A DNA stretch of 64,000 bases from Paragordius varius. Lineage: Eukaryota; Animalia; Nematomorpha. Both the position numbers and the translations under genes were made by a program. Positions 38,201 through 53,200 of the stretch are shown piece after piece. Every line of letters begins with the position of its first letter. The first letter of the stretch is position 1. The stretch is from contig OZ176056.1 in NCBI GenBank assembly GCA_964247055.1, forward strand, positions 8,990,001 through 9,054,000, given 5' to 3'. The notes under the pieces are model-generated. The model did not search any database. It had not been told where the DNA came from and was given only the letters and a program-made list of their open reading frames with translations.

Positions 38201-41200
38201 AGCTATCATCAAAGAAACGGTGTACTAAAATTTTTACCTTTTAACAGGGAATACGTGGAATCCATATTGAATTTTTACGGTCTCATACCTTAGGCAGAAA
38301 AACAATCAAAAAATTATTTTTGTGGACTTTGTTTTTTTTTGAAAAAGGTGGCATTTTACGGGGGGAGCGGGTAAAAAGAGGGACTAAGTTAAAAAAGCTA
38401 GACGACTATGTTCGGCGCAATCGAAAATAACTAAATAAAAATCATATTTGAAATTGAATGGTCCAACACGTTCACCGGAAAATTCTCTCAAAGACACGAT
38501 GTTTGTGGACGTCTGTTTTCAAAAAAACCCATTTTTCACACGGGGTGGGCCCGAACTGGGGGCCTATTTCAAAAAACGGGCGAGCTATTGTCTGGAAATT
38601 CATTCAAGATTATATTTTTTCGATGTTTGGATTTGAATGGGTCTACCGGTTTTCCTGTAGCAGATCACAAAGCCAGAATTTTCCATTTTTATAAATATAT
38701 AGATTTCTATAAATAATGTTGTATTATCCATATATCTTTTAACATCCTATCCATATGATAGATACTCCTTACTCAGCAGCTATCATCAAAGAAACGGTGG
38801 ACTAAAATTTTTGCCTTTTAACAGGGAATACGTGGAATCCATATTGAGTTTTTACGGTCTCATACCTTAGGCAAAAAATCGATTAAAAAAATATTTTTGT
38901 GGACTTTGTTTTTTTTGAAAAAGGTGGCATTTTACGGGGGGAACGGGTAAAAAGAGGCCCTAAATCAAAAAAGTGAGTCGACTATGAGCGCGATCGAAAA
39001 TAAGCAAAAATTATATTTGAAATTGGATGGTCCAACACGTTCTCCGGAAAATTCTCTCAAAGATACGATGTTTGTGGACGTCTGTTTTCAAAAAAACCCA
39101 TTTTTCACACGGGGTGGGCCCGAACTGGGGGCCTATTTCAAAAACACGGGCGAAGCTATTGACGGGGCATTCATTCAAGATTATATTTTTTCGATGTTTG
39201 GATTTGAATGGGTCTACCGGTTTTCCTGTAGCAGATCACAAAGCCAGCATTTTCCATTTTTATAAATATATAGATTTCTATAAATAATGTTTTATTATCC
39301 ATATATCTTATAACATCCTATCCATATGATAGATACTCCTTACTCAGCAGCTATCATCAAAGAAACGGTGGACTAAAATTTTTGCCTTTTAACAGAGAAT
39401 ACGTGGAATCCATATTAAATTTTTACGGTCTCATACCTTAGGCAAAAAATCGATTAAAAAAATATTTTTGTAGACTTTGTTTTTTTGAAAAAGGTGGCAT
39501 TTTACGGGGGGAGCGGGTAAAAAGAGGCCCCAAATCAAAAAAGTGAGTCGACTATGTTCAGCGCGATCGAAAATAAGCAAAAATTATATTTGAAATTGGA
39601 TGGTTCAACACGTTCTCCGGAAAATTCTCTCAAAGACACGATGTTTGTGGACGTCTGTTTTCAAAAAAACCCATTTTTCACACGGGGTGGGCCCGAACTG
39701 GGGGCCTATTTCAAAAAACGGGCGAGCTATTGTCTGGGCATTTATTCAAGATTATATTTTTTCGATGTTTGGATTTGAATGGGTCTACCGGTTTTCCTGT
39801 AGCAGATCACAAAGCCAGCATTTTCCATTTTTATAAATATATAGATTTCTATAAATAATGTTGTATTATCCATATATCTTTTAACATCCTATCCATATGA
39901 TAGATACTCCTTACTCAGCAGCTATCATCAAAGAAACGGTGGACTAAAATTTTTGCCTTTTAACAGAGAATACGTGGAATCCATATTGAATTTTTCCGGT
40001 CTCATACCTTAGGCAAAAAATCGATTAAAAAAATATTTTTGTGGACTTTGTTTTTTTTGAAAAAGGTGGCATTTTACGGGGGGAGCGCGTAAAAAGAGGC
40101 CCTAAATCAAAAAAGTGAGTCGACTAGGTTCAGCGCGATCGAAAATAAGCAAAAATTATATTTGAAATTGGATGGTCCAACACGTTCTCCGGAAAATTGT
40201 CTCAAAGACACGATTTTTGTGGACGTCTGTTTTCAAAAAAAACCCATTTTTTACACGGGGTGGGCCCGAACTGGGGGCCTATTTCAAAAAACGGGCGAAG
40301 CTATTGTCGGGGCATTCATTCAAGATTATATTTTTTCGATGTTTGTATTTGAATGGGTCTACCGGTTTTCCTGTAGCAGATCACAAAGCCAGCATTTTCC
40401 ATTTTTATAAATATATAGATTTCTATAAATAATGTTTTATTATCCATATATCTTTTAACATCCTATACATATGATAGATACTCCTTACTCAGCAGCTATC
40501 GTCAAAGAAACGCTTGACTAAAATTTTTGCCTTTTAAGAAGGAATACTAAAAATCCTTATCGAATTTTTACAGTCTCATACCTTGGGCAGAAAAACAATC
40601 AAAAAATTATTTTTGTGGACTTGATTTTTTTTGAAAAAGGTGGCATTTTACGGGGTAAGCGGGTAAAAAGAGGCCCTAAATCAAAAAAGTGAGTCGACTA
40701 TGTTTAGCGCCATCGAAATTAAGAAAATTATATTAGAAATTGGATGGTCCAACACGTTCTCCGGAAAATTGTCTCAAACGATTTTTATGGACGTCTGTTT
40801 TCATAAAAAACCCATTTTTCACATGGGGTGGGCCCGAACTGGGGGCCTATTCAAAAAACGGGCGAAGCTATTGTCGGGGCATTCATTCAAGATTATATTT
40901 TTTCGATGTTTGTATTTGAATGGGTCTACCGGTTTTCCTGTAGCAGATCACAAAGCCAGCATTTTCCATTTTTATAAATATAGATTACTATAAATAATGT
41001 TTTATTATCCATATATCTTTCAACATCCTATACATATGATAGATACTCCTTACTCAGCAGCTATCGTCAAAGAAACGCTTGACTAAAATTTTTGCCTTTT
41101 AAGAGGGAATACTAAAAATCCTTATCGAATTTTTAGAGTCTCATACCTTGGGCAGAAAAACAATCAAAAAATTATTTTTGTGGACTTTTTTTTTTGAAAA

Positions 41201-44200
41201 AGGTGTCATTTTACGGGGGGAGCGTGTAAAAAGAGGGACTAAGTTCAAAAAACGATACGACTATGTTCAGCGCGACCGAAAATAAGCAAAAATTATATTT
41301 GAAATTGGATGGTCCAACACGTTCTCCGGAAAATTGTCTAAAAGACACGATTTTTGTGGACGTCTTTTTTCAAAAAAACCCATTTTTCACACGGGGTGGG
41401 CCCGAACTGGGGGCCTATTTCAAATAACGGGTGAAGCTATTGTCGGGGCATCTATTCAAGATTATATTTTTTCGATGTTTGGATTCGAATGGGTCTACCG
41501 GTTTTCCTGTAGCAGATCACAAAGCCAGCATTTTCCATTTTTATAAATATATAGATTACTATAAATAATGTTTTATTATCCATATATCTTTTAACATCCT
41601 ATACATATGATAGATACTCCTTATCAGCAGCTATCATCAAAGAAACGGTGGACTAAAATTTTTGCCTTTTAACAGGGAATACGTGGAATCCACATTGAAT
41701 TTTTACGGTCTCATACCTTAGGCAAAAAATCGATTAAAAAAATATTTTTGTGGACTTTGTTTTTTTTGAAAAAGGTGGCATTTTACGGGGGGAGCGGGTA
41801 AAAAGAGAGACTAATTTTAAAAAGCGAGACGACTATGTTCGGCGCAATCGAAAATAACTAAATAAAAATTATATTAGAAATTGGATGGTCCAACACGTTC
41901 TCCGGAAAATTGTCTCAAAGACACGATTTTTGTGGACGTCTGTTTTCAAAAACACACCCATTTTTCACACGGGGTGGGCCCGAACTGGGGGCCTATTTCA
42001 AAAAAACGGGCGAAGCTATTGACGGGGCATTCATTCAAGATTATATTTTTTCGATGTTTGTATTTGAATGGGTCTACCGGTCCTGTAGCAGATCACAAAG
42101 CCAGCATTTTCCATTTTTATAAATATAGATTACTATAAATAATGTTTTATTATCCATATATCTTTTAACATCCTATACATATGATAGATACTCCTTATCA
42201 GCAGCTATCATCAAAGAAACGGTGGACTAAAATTTTTGCCTTTTAACAGGGAATATGTGGAATCCATATTGAATTTTTACGGTCTCATAGCTTAGGCAAA
42301 AAATCGATCAAAAAAATATTTTTGTGGACTTTGTTTTTTTGAAAAAGGTGGCATTTTACGGGGGGAGCGGGTAAAAAGAGGGACTAAGTTAAAAACGCGA
42401 GACGACTATGTTCGGCGCAATCGATAATAACTAAATAAAAATCATATTTGAAATTGAATGGTCCAACACGTTCTCCGGAAAATTCTCTCAAAGACACGAT
42501 TTTTGTGGACGTCTGTTTTCAAAAACACACCCATTTTTCACACGGGGTAGGCCCGAACTGGGGGCCTATTTCAAAAACACGGGCGAAGCTATTGACGGGG
42601 CATTCATTCAAGATTATATTTTTTCGATGTTTGTATTTGAATGTGTCTACCGGTTTTCCTGTAGCAGATCACAAAGCCAGCATTTTCCATTTTTATAATT
42701 ATAGATTACTATAAATAATGTTTTATTATCCATATATTTTTCAACATCCTATACATATGATAGATACTCCTTACTCAGCAGCTATCATCAAAGAAACGCT
42801 TGACTAAAATTTTTGCCTTTTAAGAGGGAATACTAAAAATCCTTATCGAATTTTTACAGTCTCATACCTTAGGCAGAAAAACAATCAAAAAATTATTTTT
42901 GTGGACTTAGTTTTTTTTTGAAAAAGGTGGCATTTTACGGGGGGAGCGGGTAAAAAGAGGGACTAAGTTAAAAAAGCGAGACGACTATGTTCGGCGCAAT
43001 CGAAAATAACTAAATAAAAATCATATTTGAAATTGAATGGTCCAACACGTTCTCCGGAAAATTCTCTCAAAGACACGATTTTTGTATACTTCTGTTTTCA
43101 AAAAAAACCCCATTTTTCACATGGGGTGGGCCCGAACTGGGGGCCTATATCAAAAAACGGGCGAAGCTATTGTCGAGGCATTCATTCAATATTATATTTT
43201 TTCGATGTTTGGATTTGAATGGGTCTACCGGTTTTATTGTAGCAGATCACAAAGCCAGCGTTTTCCATTTTTATAAATATATGGATTACTATAAATAATG
43301 TTTTGTTATCCATATATATTTTAACATCCTATACATATGATAGATACTCCTTACTCAGCAGCTATCATCAAAGAAACGCTTGACTAAAGTTTTTGCCTTT
43401 TAAGAGGGAATACTAAAAATCCTTATCGAATTTTTACAGTCTCATACCTTGGGCAGAAAAACAATCAAAAAATTATTTTTGTGGACTTTGTTTTTTTGAA
43501 AAAGGTGGCATTTTACGGGGGGAGCGGGTAAAAAGAGGGACTAAGATAAAAACGTGAGTCGACTATGTTCAGCACGATCGAAAATAAGAAAATTATATTA
43601 GAAATTGGATGGTCCAACACGTTCTCCGGAAAATTGTCTCAAAGACACGATTTTTGTGGACGTCTGTTTTCAAAAACACACCCATTTTTCACACGGGGTG
43701 GGCCCGAACTGGGGGCCTATTTCAAAAAAACGGGCGAAGCTATTGACGGGGCATTCATTCAAGATTATATTTTTTCGATGTTTGTATTTGAATGGGTCTA
43801 CCGGTCCTGTAGCAGATCACAAAGCCAGCATTTTCCATTTTTATAAATATAGATTACTATAAATAATGTTTTATTATCCATATATCTTTTAACATCCTAT
43901 ACATATGATAGATACTCCTTATCAGCAGCTATCATCAAAGAAACGGTGGACTAAAATTTTTGCCTTTTAAGAGGGAATACGTGGAATCCACATTGAATTT
44001 TTACGGTCTCATACCTTAGGCAAAAAATCGATTAAAAAAATATTTTTGTGGACTTTGTTTTTTTTTGAAAAAGGTGGCATTTTACGGGGGGAGCGGGTAA
44101 AAAGAGGGACTAAGTTAAAAACGCGAGACGACTATGTTCGGCGCAATCGATAATAACTAAATAAAAATCATATTTGAAATTGAATGGTCCAACACGTTCT

Positions 44201-47200
44201 CCGGAAAATTCTCTCAAAGACACGATTTTTGTGGACGTCTGTTTTCAAAAACACACCCATTTTTCACACGGGGTAGGCCCGAACTGGGGGCCTATTTCAA
44301 AAACACGGGCGAAGCTATTGACGGGGCATTCATTCAAGATTATATTTTTTCGATGTTTGTATTTGAATGTGTCTACCGGTTTTCCTGTAGCAGATCACAA
44401 AGCCAGCATTTTCCATTTTTATAATTATAGATTACTATAAATAATGTTTTATTATCCATATATTTTTCAACATCCTATACATATGATAGATACTCCTTAC
44501 TCAGCAGCTATCATCAAAGAAACGCTTGACTAAAGTTTTTGCCTTTTAAGAGGGAATACTAAAAATCCTTATCGAATTTTTACAGTCTCATACCTTGGGC
44601 AGAAAAACAATCAAAAAATTATTTTTGTGGACTTTGTTTTTTTTGAAAAAGGTGGCATTTTACGGGGGGAGCGGGTAAAAAGAGGCTCTAAATCAAAAAA
44701 GTGAGTCGACTATGTTCAGCGCGATCGAAAATAAGAAAATTATATTTGAAATTGGATGGTCCAACACGTTCTCCGGAAAATTGTCTCAAAGACACGATTT
44801 TTGTGGACTTCTGTTTTCAAAAAAAACCGTTTTTCACACGGAGTGAGCCCGAACTAGGGGCCTATTTCAAAAAACGGGCGAAGCTATTGTCGGGGCATTC
44901 ATTCAAGATTATATTTTTTCGATGTTTGGATTTGAATGGGTCTACCGGTTTTCCTGTAGCAGACACAAAGCCAGCATTTTCCATTTTTATAAATTATAGA
45001 TTACTATAAATAATGTTTTATTATCCATATATCTAACATCCTATACATATGATAGATACTCCTGACTCAGCAGCTATCATCAAAGAAACGCTTGACTAAA
45101 ATTTTTGCCTTTTAAGAGGGAATACTAAAAATCCTTATCGAATTTTTACAGTCTCATACCTTAGGCAGAAAAACAATCAAAAAATTATTTTTGTGGACTT
45201 TGTTTTTTTTTGAAAAAGGTGGCATTTTACGGGGGGAGCGGGTAAAAAGAGGGACTAAGTTAAAAAAGCTAGACGACTATGTTCGGCGCAATCGAAAATA
45301 ACTAAATAAAAATCATATTTGAAATTGAATGGTCCAACACGTTCACCGGAAAATTCTCTCAAAGACACGATGTTTGTGGACGTCTGTTTTCAAAAAAAAC
45401 CCATTTTCCACATGGAGTGGGCCCGAACTGGGGGTCTATTTCAAATAACGGGCGAAGCTATTGTCGAGGCATTCATTCAAGATTATATTTTTCGAATGTT
45501 TGGATTTTAATGGGTCTACCGGTTTTCCTGTAGCAGATCACAAAGCCAGCATTTTCCATTTTTATAAATATATAGATTACTATAAATAATGTTTTATTAT
45601 CTATATATCTTTTAACATCCTATACATATGATAGATATTCCTTACTCAGCAGCTATCATCAAAGAAACGGTGTACTAAAATTTTTACCTTTTAACAGGGA
45701 ATACGTGGAATCCATATTGAATTTTTACGGTCTCATACCTTAGGCAGAAAAACAATCAAAAAATTATTTTTGTGGACTTTGTTTTTTTTTGAAAAAGGTG
45801 GCATTTTACGGGGGGAGCGGGTAAAAAGAGGGACTAAGTTAAAAAAGCTAGACGACTATGTTCGGCGCAATCGAAAATAACTAAATAAAAATCATATTTG
45901 AAATTGAATGGTCCAACACGTTCACCGGAAAATTCTCTCAAAGACACGATGTTTGTGGACGTCTGTTTTCAAAAAAACCCATTTTTCACACGGGGTGGGC
46001 CCGAACTGGGGGCCTATTTCAAAAAACGGGCGAGCTATTGTCTGGAAATTCATTCAAGATTATATTTTTTCGATGTTTGGATTTGAATGGGTCTACCGGT
46101 TTTCCTGTAGCAGATCACAAAGCCAGAATTTTCCATTTTTATAAATATATAGATTTCTATAAATAATGTTGTATTATCCATATATCTTTTAACATCCTAT
46201 CCATATGATAGATACTCCTTACTCAGCAGCTATCATCAAAGAAACGGTGGACTAAAATTTTTGCCTTTTAACAGGGAATACGTGGAATCCATATTGAATT
46301 TTTACGGTCTCATACCTTAGGCAAAAAATCGATTAAAAAAATATTTTTGTGGACTTTGTTTTTTTTTGAAAAAGGTGGCATTTTACATGGGGAACGGGTA
46401 AAAAGAGGCCCTAAATCAAAAAAGTGAGTCGACTATGAGCGCGATCGAAAATAAGCAAAAATTATATTTGAAATTGGATGGTCCAACACGTTCTCCGGAA
46501 AATTCTCTCAAAGATACGATGTTTGTGGACGTCTGTTTTCAAAAAAACCCATTTTTCACACGGGGTGGGCCCGAACTGGGGGCCTATTTCAAAAACACGG
46601 GCGAAGCTATTGACGGGGCATTCATTCAAGATTATATTTTTTCGATGTTTGGATTTGAATGGGTCTACCGGTTTTCCTGTAGCAGATCACAAAGCCAGCA
46701 TTTTCCATTTTTATAAATATATAGATTTCTATAAATAATGTTTTATTATCCATATATCTTTTAACATCCTATCCATATGATAGATACTCCTTACTCAGCA
46801 GCTATCATCAAAGAAACGGTGGACTAAAATTTTTGCCTTTTAACAGAGAATACGTGGAATCCATATTAAATTTTTACGGTCTCATACCTTAGGCAAAAAA
46901 TCGATTAAAAAAATATTTTTGTAGACTTTGTTTTTTTGAAAAAGGTGGCATTTTACGGGGGGAGCGGGTAAAAAGAGGCCCCAAATCAAAAAAGTGAGTC
47001 GACTATGTTCAGCGCGATCGAAAATAAGCAAAAATTATATTTGAAATTGGATGGTCCAACACGTTCTCCGGAAAATTCTCTCAAAGACACGATGTTTGTG
47101 GACGTCTGTTTTCAAAAAAACCCATTTTTCACACGGGGTGGGCCCGAACTGGGGGCCTATTTCAAAAAACGGGCGAGCTATTGTCTGGGCATTTATTCAA

Positions 47201-50200
47201 GATTATATTTTTTCGATGTTTGGATTTGAATGGGTCTACCGGTTTTCCTGTAGCAGATCACAAAGCCAGCATTTTCCATTTTTATAAATATATAGATTTC
47301 TATAAATAATGTTGTATTATCCATATATCTTTTAACATCCTATCCATATGATAGATACTCCTTACTCAGCAGCTATCATCAAAGAAACGGTGGACTAAAA
47401 TTTTTGCCTTTTAACAGAGAATACGTGGAATCCATATTGAATTTTTCCGGTCTCATACCTTAGGCAAAAAATCGATTAAAAAAATATTTTTGTGGACTTT
47501 GTTTTTTTTGAAAAAGGTGGCATTTTACGGGGGGAGCGCGTAAAAAGAGGCCCTAAATCAAAAAAGTGAGTCGACTAGGTTCAGCGCGATCGAAAATAAG
47601 CAAAAATTATATTTGAAATTGGATGGTCCAACACGTTCTCCGGAAAATTGTCTCAAAGACACGATTTTTGTGGACGTCTGTTTTCAAAAAAAACCCATTT
47701 TTTACACGGGGTGGGCCCGAACTGGGGGCCTATTTCAAAAAACGGGCGAAGCTATTGTCGGGGCATTTATTCAAGATTATATATTTTCGATGTTTGGATT
47801 TGAATGGGTCTACCGGTTTTCCTGTAGCAGATCACAAAGCCAGCATTTTCCATTTTTATAAATATATAGATTTCTATAAATAATGTTGTATTATCCATAT
47901 ATCTTTTAACATCCTATCCATATGATAGATACTCCTTACTCAGCAGCTATCATCAAAGAAACACTGGACTAAAATTTTTGCCTTTTAAGAAGGAATACTA
48001 AAAATCCTTATCGAATTTTTACAGTCTCATACCTTGGGCAGAAAAACAATCATAAAATTATTTTTGTGGACTTGATTTTTTTTGAAAAAGGTGGCATTTT
48101 ACGGGGTAAGCGGGTAAAAAGAGGCCCTAAATCAAAAAAGTGAGTCGACTATGTTTAGCGCCATCGAAATTAAGAAAATTATATTAGAAATTGGATGGTC
48201 CAACACGTTCTCCGGAAAATTGTCTCAAACGATTTTTATGGACGTCTGTTTTCAAAAAAACCCATTTTTCACACAGGGTGGGCCGGAACTGGGGGCCTAT
48301 TTTAAAAAACGGGCGAAGCTTTTGTCGGGGCATTCATTCAAGATTATATTTTTTCGATATTTGGATTTGAATGGGTCTACCATTTTTCCTGTAGCAGATC
48401 ACAAAGCCAGCATTTTCCATTTTTATAAATATATAGATTTCTATAAATAATGTTTTATTATCCATATATCTTTTAACATCCTATACATATGATAGATACT
48501 CCTTACTCAGCAGCTATCATCAAAGAAACGGTGGACTAAAATTTTTGCCTTTTAACAGGGAATACGTGGAATCCCATTGAATTTTTACGGTCTCATACCT
48601 TAGGCAAAAAATCGATTAAAACAATATTTTTGTGGACTTTGTTTTTTTTGAAAAAGGTGGCATTTTACGGGGGGAGCGGGTAAAAAGAGAGACTAAGTTA
48701 AAAAAAGCGAGACGACTATGTTCGGCGCAATCGAAAATAACTAAATAAAAATCATATTTGAAATTGAATGGTCCAACACGTTCTCCGGAAAATTGTCTCA
48801 AAGACACGATTTTTGTGGACGTCTGTTTTCAAAAACACACCCATTTTTCACACGGGGTAGGCCCGAACTGGGGGCCTATTTCAAAAAACGGGCGAAGCTA
48901 TTGTCGGGGCATTCATTCAAGATTATATTTTTTCGATGTTTGTATTTGAATGGGTCTACCGGTTTTCCTGTAGCAGATCACAAAGCCAGCATTTTCCATT
49001 TTTATAAATATATAGATTTCTATAAATAATGTTTTATTATCCATATATCTTTTAACATCCTATACATATGATAGATACTCCTTACTCAGCAGCTATCGTC
49101 AAAGAAACGCTTGACTAAAATTTTTGCCTTTTAAGAAGGAATACTAAAAATCCTTATCGAATTTTTACAGTCTCATACCTTGGGCAGAAAAACAATCAAA
49201 AAATTATTTTTGTGGACTTGATTTTTTTTGAAAAAGGTGGCATTTTACGGGGTAAGCGGGTAAAAAGAGGCCCTAAATCAAAAAAGTGAGTCGACTATGT
49301 TTAGCGCCATCGAAATTAAGAAAATTATATTAGAAATTGGATGGTCCAACACGTTCTCCGGAAAATTGTCTCAAACGATTTTTATGGACGTCTGTTTTCA
49401 TAAAAAACCCATTTTTCACATGGGGTGGGCCCGAACTGGGGGCCTATTCAAAAAACGGGCGAAGCTATTGTCGGGGCATTCATTCAAGATTATATTTTTT
49501 CGATGTTTGTATTTGAATGGGTCTACCGGTTTTCCTGTAGCAGATCACAAAGCCAGCATTTTCCATTTTTATAAATATAGATTACTATAAATAATGTTTT
49601 ATTATCCATATATCTTTCAACATCCTATACATATGATAGATACTCCTTACTCAGCAGCTATCGTCAAAGAAACGCTTGACTAAAATTTTTGCCTTTTAAG
49701 AGGGAATACTAAAAATCCTTATCGAATTTTTACAGTCTCATACCTTGGGCAGAAAAACAATCAAAAAATTATTTTTGTGGACTTTTTTTTTTTGAAAAAG
49801 GTGTCATTTTACGGGGGGAGCGTGTAAAAAGAGGGACTAAGTTCAAAAAACGATACGACTATGTTCAGCGCGACCGAAAATAAGCAAAAATTATATTTGA
49901 AATTGGATGGTCCAACACGTTCTCCGGAAAATTGTCTAAAAGACACGATTTTTGTGGACGTCTTTTTTCAAAAAAACCCATTTTTCACACGGGGTGGGCC
50001 CGAACTGGGGGCCTATTTCAAATAACGGGTGAAGCTATTGTCGGGGCATCTATTCAAGATTATATTTTTTCGATGTTTGGATTCGAATGGGTCTACCGGT
50101 TTTCCTGTAGCAGATCACAAAGCCAGCATTTTCCATTTTTATAAATATATAGATTACTATAAATAATGTTTTATTATCCATATATCTTTTAACATCCTAT

Positions 50201-53200
50201 ACATATGATAGATACTCCTTATCAGCAGCTATCATCAAAGAAACGGTGGACTAAAATTTTTGCCTTTTAACAGGGAATACGTGGAATCCACATTGAATTT
50301 TTACGGTCTCATACCTTAGGCAAAAAATCGATTAAAAAAATATTTTTGTGGACTTTGTTTTTTTTGAAAAAGGTGGCATTTTACGGGGGGAGCGGGTAAA
50401 AAGAGAGACTAATTTTAAAAAGCGAGACGACTATGTTCGGCGCAATCGAAAATAACTAAATAAAAATTATATTAGAAATTGGATGGTCCAACACGTTCTC
50501 CGGAAAATTGTCTCAAAGACACGATTTTTGTGGACGTCTGTTTTCAAAAACACACCCATTTTTCACACGGGGTGGGCCCGAACTGGGGGCCTATTTCAAA
50601 AAAACGGGCGAAGCTATTGACGGGGCATTCATTCAAGATTATATTTTTTCGATGTTTGTATTTGAATGGGTCTACCGGTCCTGTAGCAGATCACAAAGCC
50701 AGCATTTTCCATTTTTATAAATATAGATTACTATAAATAATGTTTTATTATCCATATATCTTTTAACATCCTATACATATGATAGATACTCCTTATCAGC
50801 AGCTATCATCAAAGAAACGGTGGACTAAAAATTTTGCCTTTTAAGAGGGAATACGTGGAATCCACATTGAATTTTTACGGTCTCATACCTTAGGCAAAAA
50901 ATCGATTAAAAAAATATTTTTGTGGACTTTGTTTTTTTTTGAAAAAGGTGGCATTTTACGGGGGGAGCGGGTAAAAAGAGGGACTAAGTTAAAAACGCGA
51001 GACGACTATGTTCGGCGCAATCGATAATAACTAAATAAAAATCATATTTGAAATTGAATGGTCCAACACGTTCTCCGGAAAATTCTCTCAAAGACACGAT
51101 TTTTGTGGACGTCTGTTTTCATAAAAAACCCATTTTTCACATGGGGTGGGCCTGAACTGGGGGGCTATTCAAAAAACGGGCGAAGCTATTGTCGGGGCAT
51201 TCATTCAAGATTATATTTTTTCGATATTTGGATTTTAATGGGTCTACCGGTTTTCCTGTAGCAGATCACAAAGCCAGCATTTTCCATTTTTATAAATATA
51301 GATTACTATAAATAATGTTTTATTATCCATATATCTTTCAACATCCTATACATATGATAGATACTCCTTACTCAGCAGCTATCGTCAAAGAAACGCTTGA
51401 CTAAAATTTTTGCCTTTTAAGAGGGAATACTAAAAATCCTTATCGAATTTTTACAGTCTCATACCTTGGGCAGAAAAACAATCAAAAAATTATTTTTGTG
51501 GACTTTTTTTTTTTTGAAAAAGGTGTCATTTTACGGGGGAGCGTGTAAAAAGAGGGACTAAGTTCAAAAAACGATACGACTATGTTCAGCGCGACCGAAA
51601 ATAAGCAAAAATTATATTTGAAATTGGATGGTCCAACACGTTCTCCGGAAAATTGTCTAAAAGACACGATTTTTGTGGACGTCTTTTTTCAAAAAAACCC
51701 ATTTTTCACACGGGGTGGGCCCGAACTGGGGGCCTATTTCAAAAAACGGGTGAAGCTATTGTCGGGGTATTCATTCAAGATTATATTTTTTCGATGTTTG
51801 GATTTGAATGGGTCTACCGGTTTTCCTGTAGCAGATCATAAAGCCAGCATTTTCCATTTTTATAAATATATAGATTACTATAAATAATGTTTTATTATCC
51901 ATATATCTTTTAACATCCTATACATATGATAGATACTCCTTATCAGCAGCTATCATCAAAGAAACGGTGGACTAAAATTTTTGCCTTTTAACAGGGAATA
52001 CGTGGAATCCACATTGAATTTTTACGGTCTCATACCTTAGGCAAAAAATCGATTAAAAAAATATTTTTGTGGACTTTGTTTTTTTGAAAAAGGTGGCATT
52101 TTACGGGGGGAGCGGGTAAAAAGAGGCCCTAAATCAAAAAAGTGAGTCGACTATGTTCGGCGCAATCGAAATTAACTAAATAAAAATCATATTTGAAATT
52201 GAATGGTCCAACACGTTCTCCGGAAAATTCTCTCAAAGACACGATTTTTGTGGACGTCTTTTTTCAAAAAAACCCATTTTTCACATGGGGTTGGCCCGAA
52301 CTGGGGGTCTATTTCAAAAAACGGGCGAAGCTATTGTCGGGGCATTCATTCAAGATTATATTTTTTCGATATTTGGATTTTAATGGGTCTACCGGTTTTC
52401 CTGTAGCAGATCACAAAGCCAGCATTTTCCATTTTTATAAATATAGATTACTATAAATAATGTTTTATTATCCATATATCTTTCAACATCCTATACATAT
52501 GATAGATACTCCTTACTCAGCAGCTATCGTCAAAGAAACGCTTGACTAAAATTTTTGCCTTTTAAAAGGGAATACTAAAAATCCTTATCGAATTTTTACA
52601 GTCTCATACCTTGGGCAGAAAAACAATCAAAAAATTATTTTTGTGGACTTTTTTTTTTGAAAAAGGTGTCATTTTACGGGGGGAGCGGGTAAAAAGAGGG
52701 ACTAAGTTAAAAACGCGAGACGACTATGTTCGGCGCAATCGATAATAACTAAATAAAAATCATATTTGAAATTGAATGGTCCAACACGTTCTCCGGAAAA
52801 TTCTCTCAAAGACACGATTTTTGTGGACGTCTGTTTTCATAAAAAACCCATTTTTCACATGGGGTGGGCCTGAACTGGGGGGCTATTCAAAAAACGGGCG
52901 AAGCTATTGTCGGGGCATTCATTCAAGATTATATTTTTTCGATATTTGGATTTTAATGGGTCTACCGGTTTTCCTGTAGCAGATCACAAAGCCAGCATTT
53001 TCCATTTTTATAAATATAGATTACTATAAATAATGTTTTATTATCCATATATCTTTCAACATCCTATACATATGATAGATACTCCTTACTCAGCAGCTAT
53101 CGTCAAAGAAACGCTTGACTAAAATTTTTGCCTTTTAAGAGGGAATACTAAAAATCCTTATCGAATTTTTACAGTCTCATACCTTGGGCAGAAAAACAAT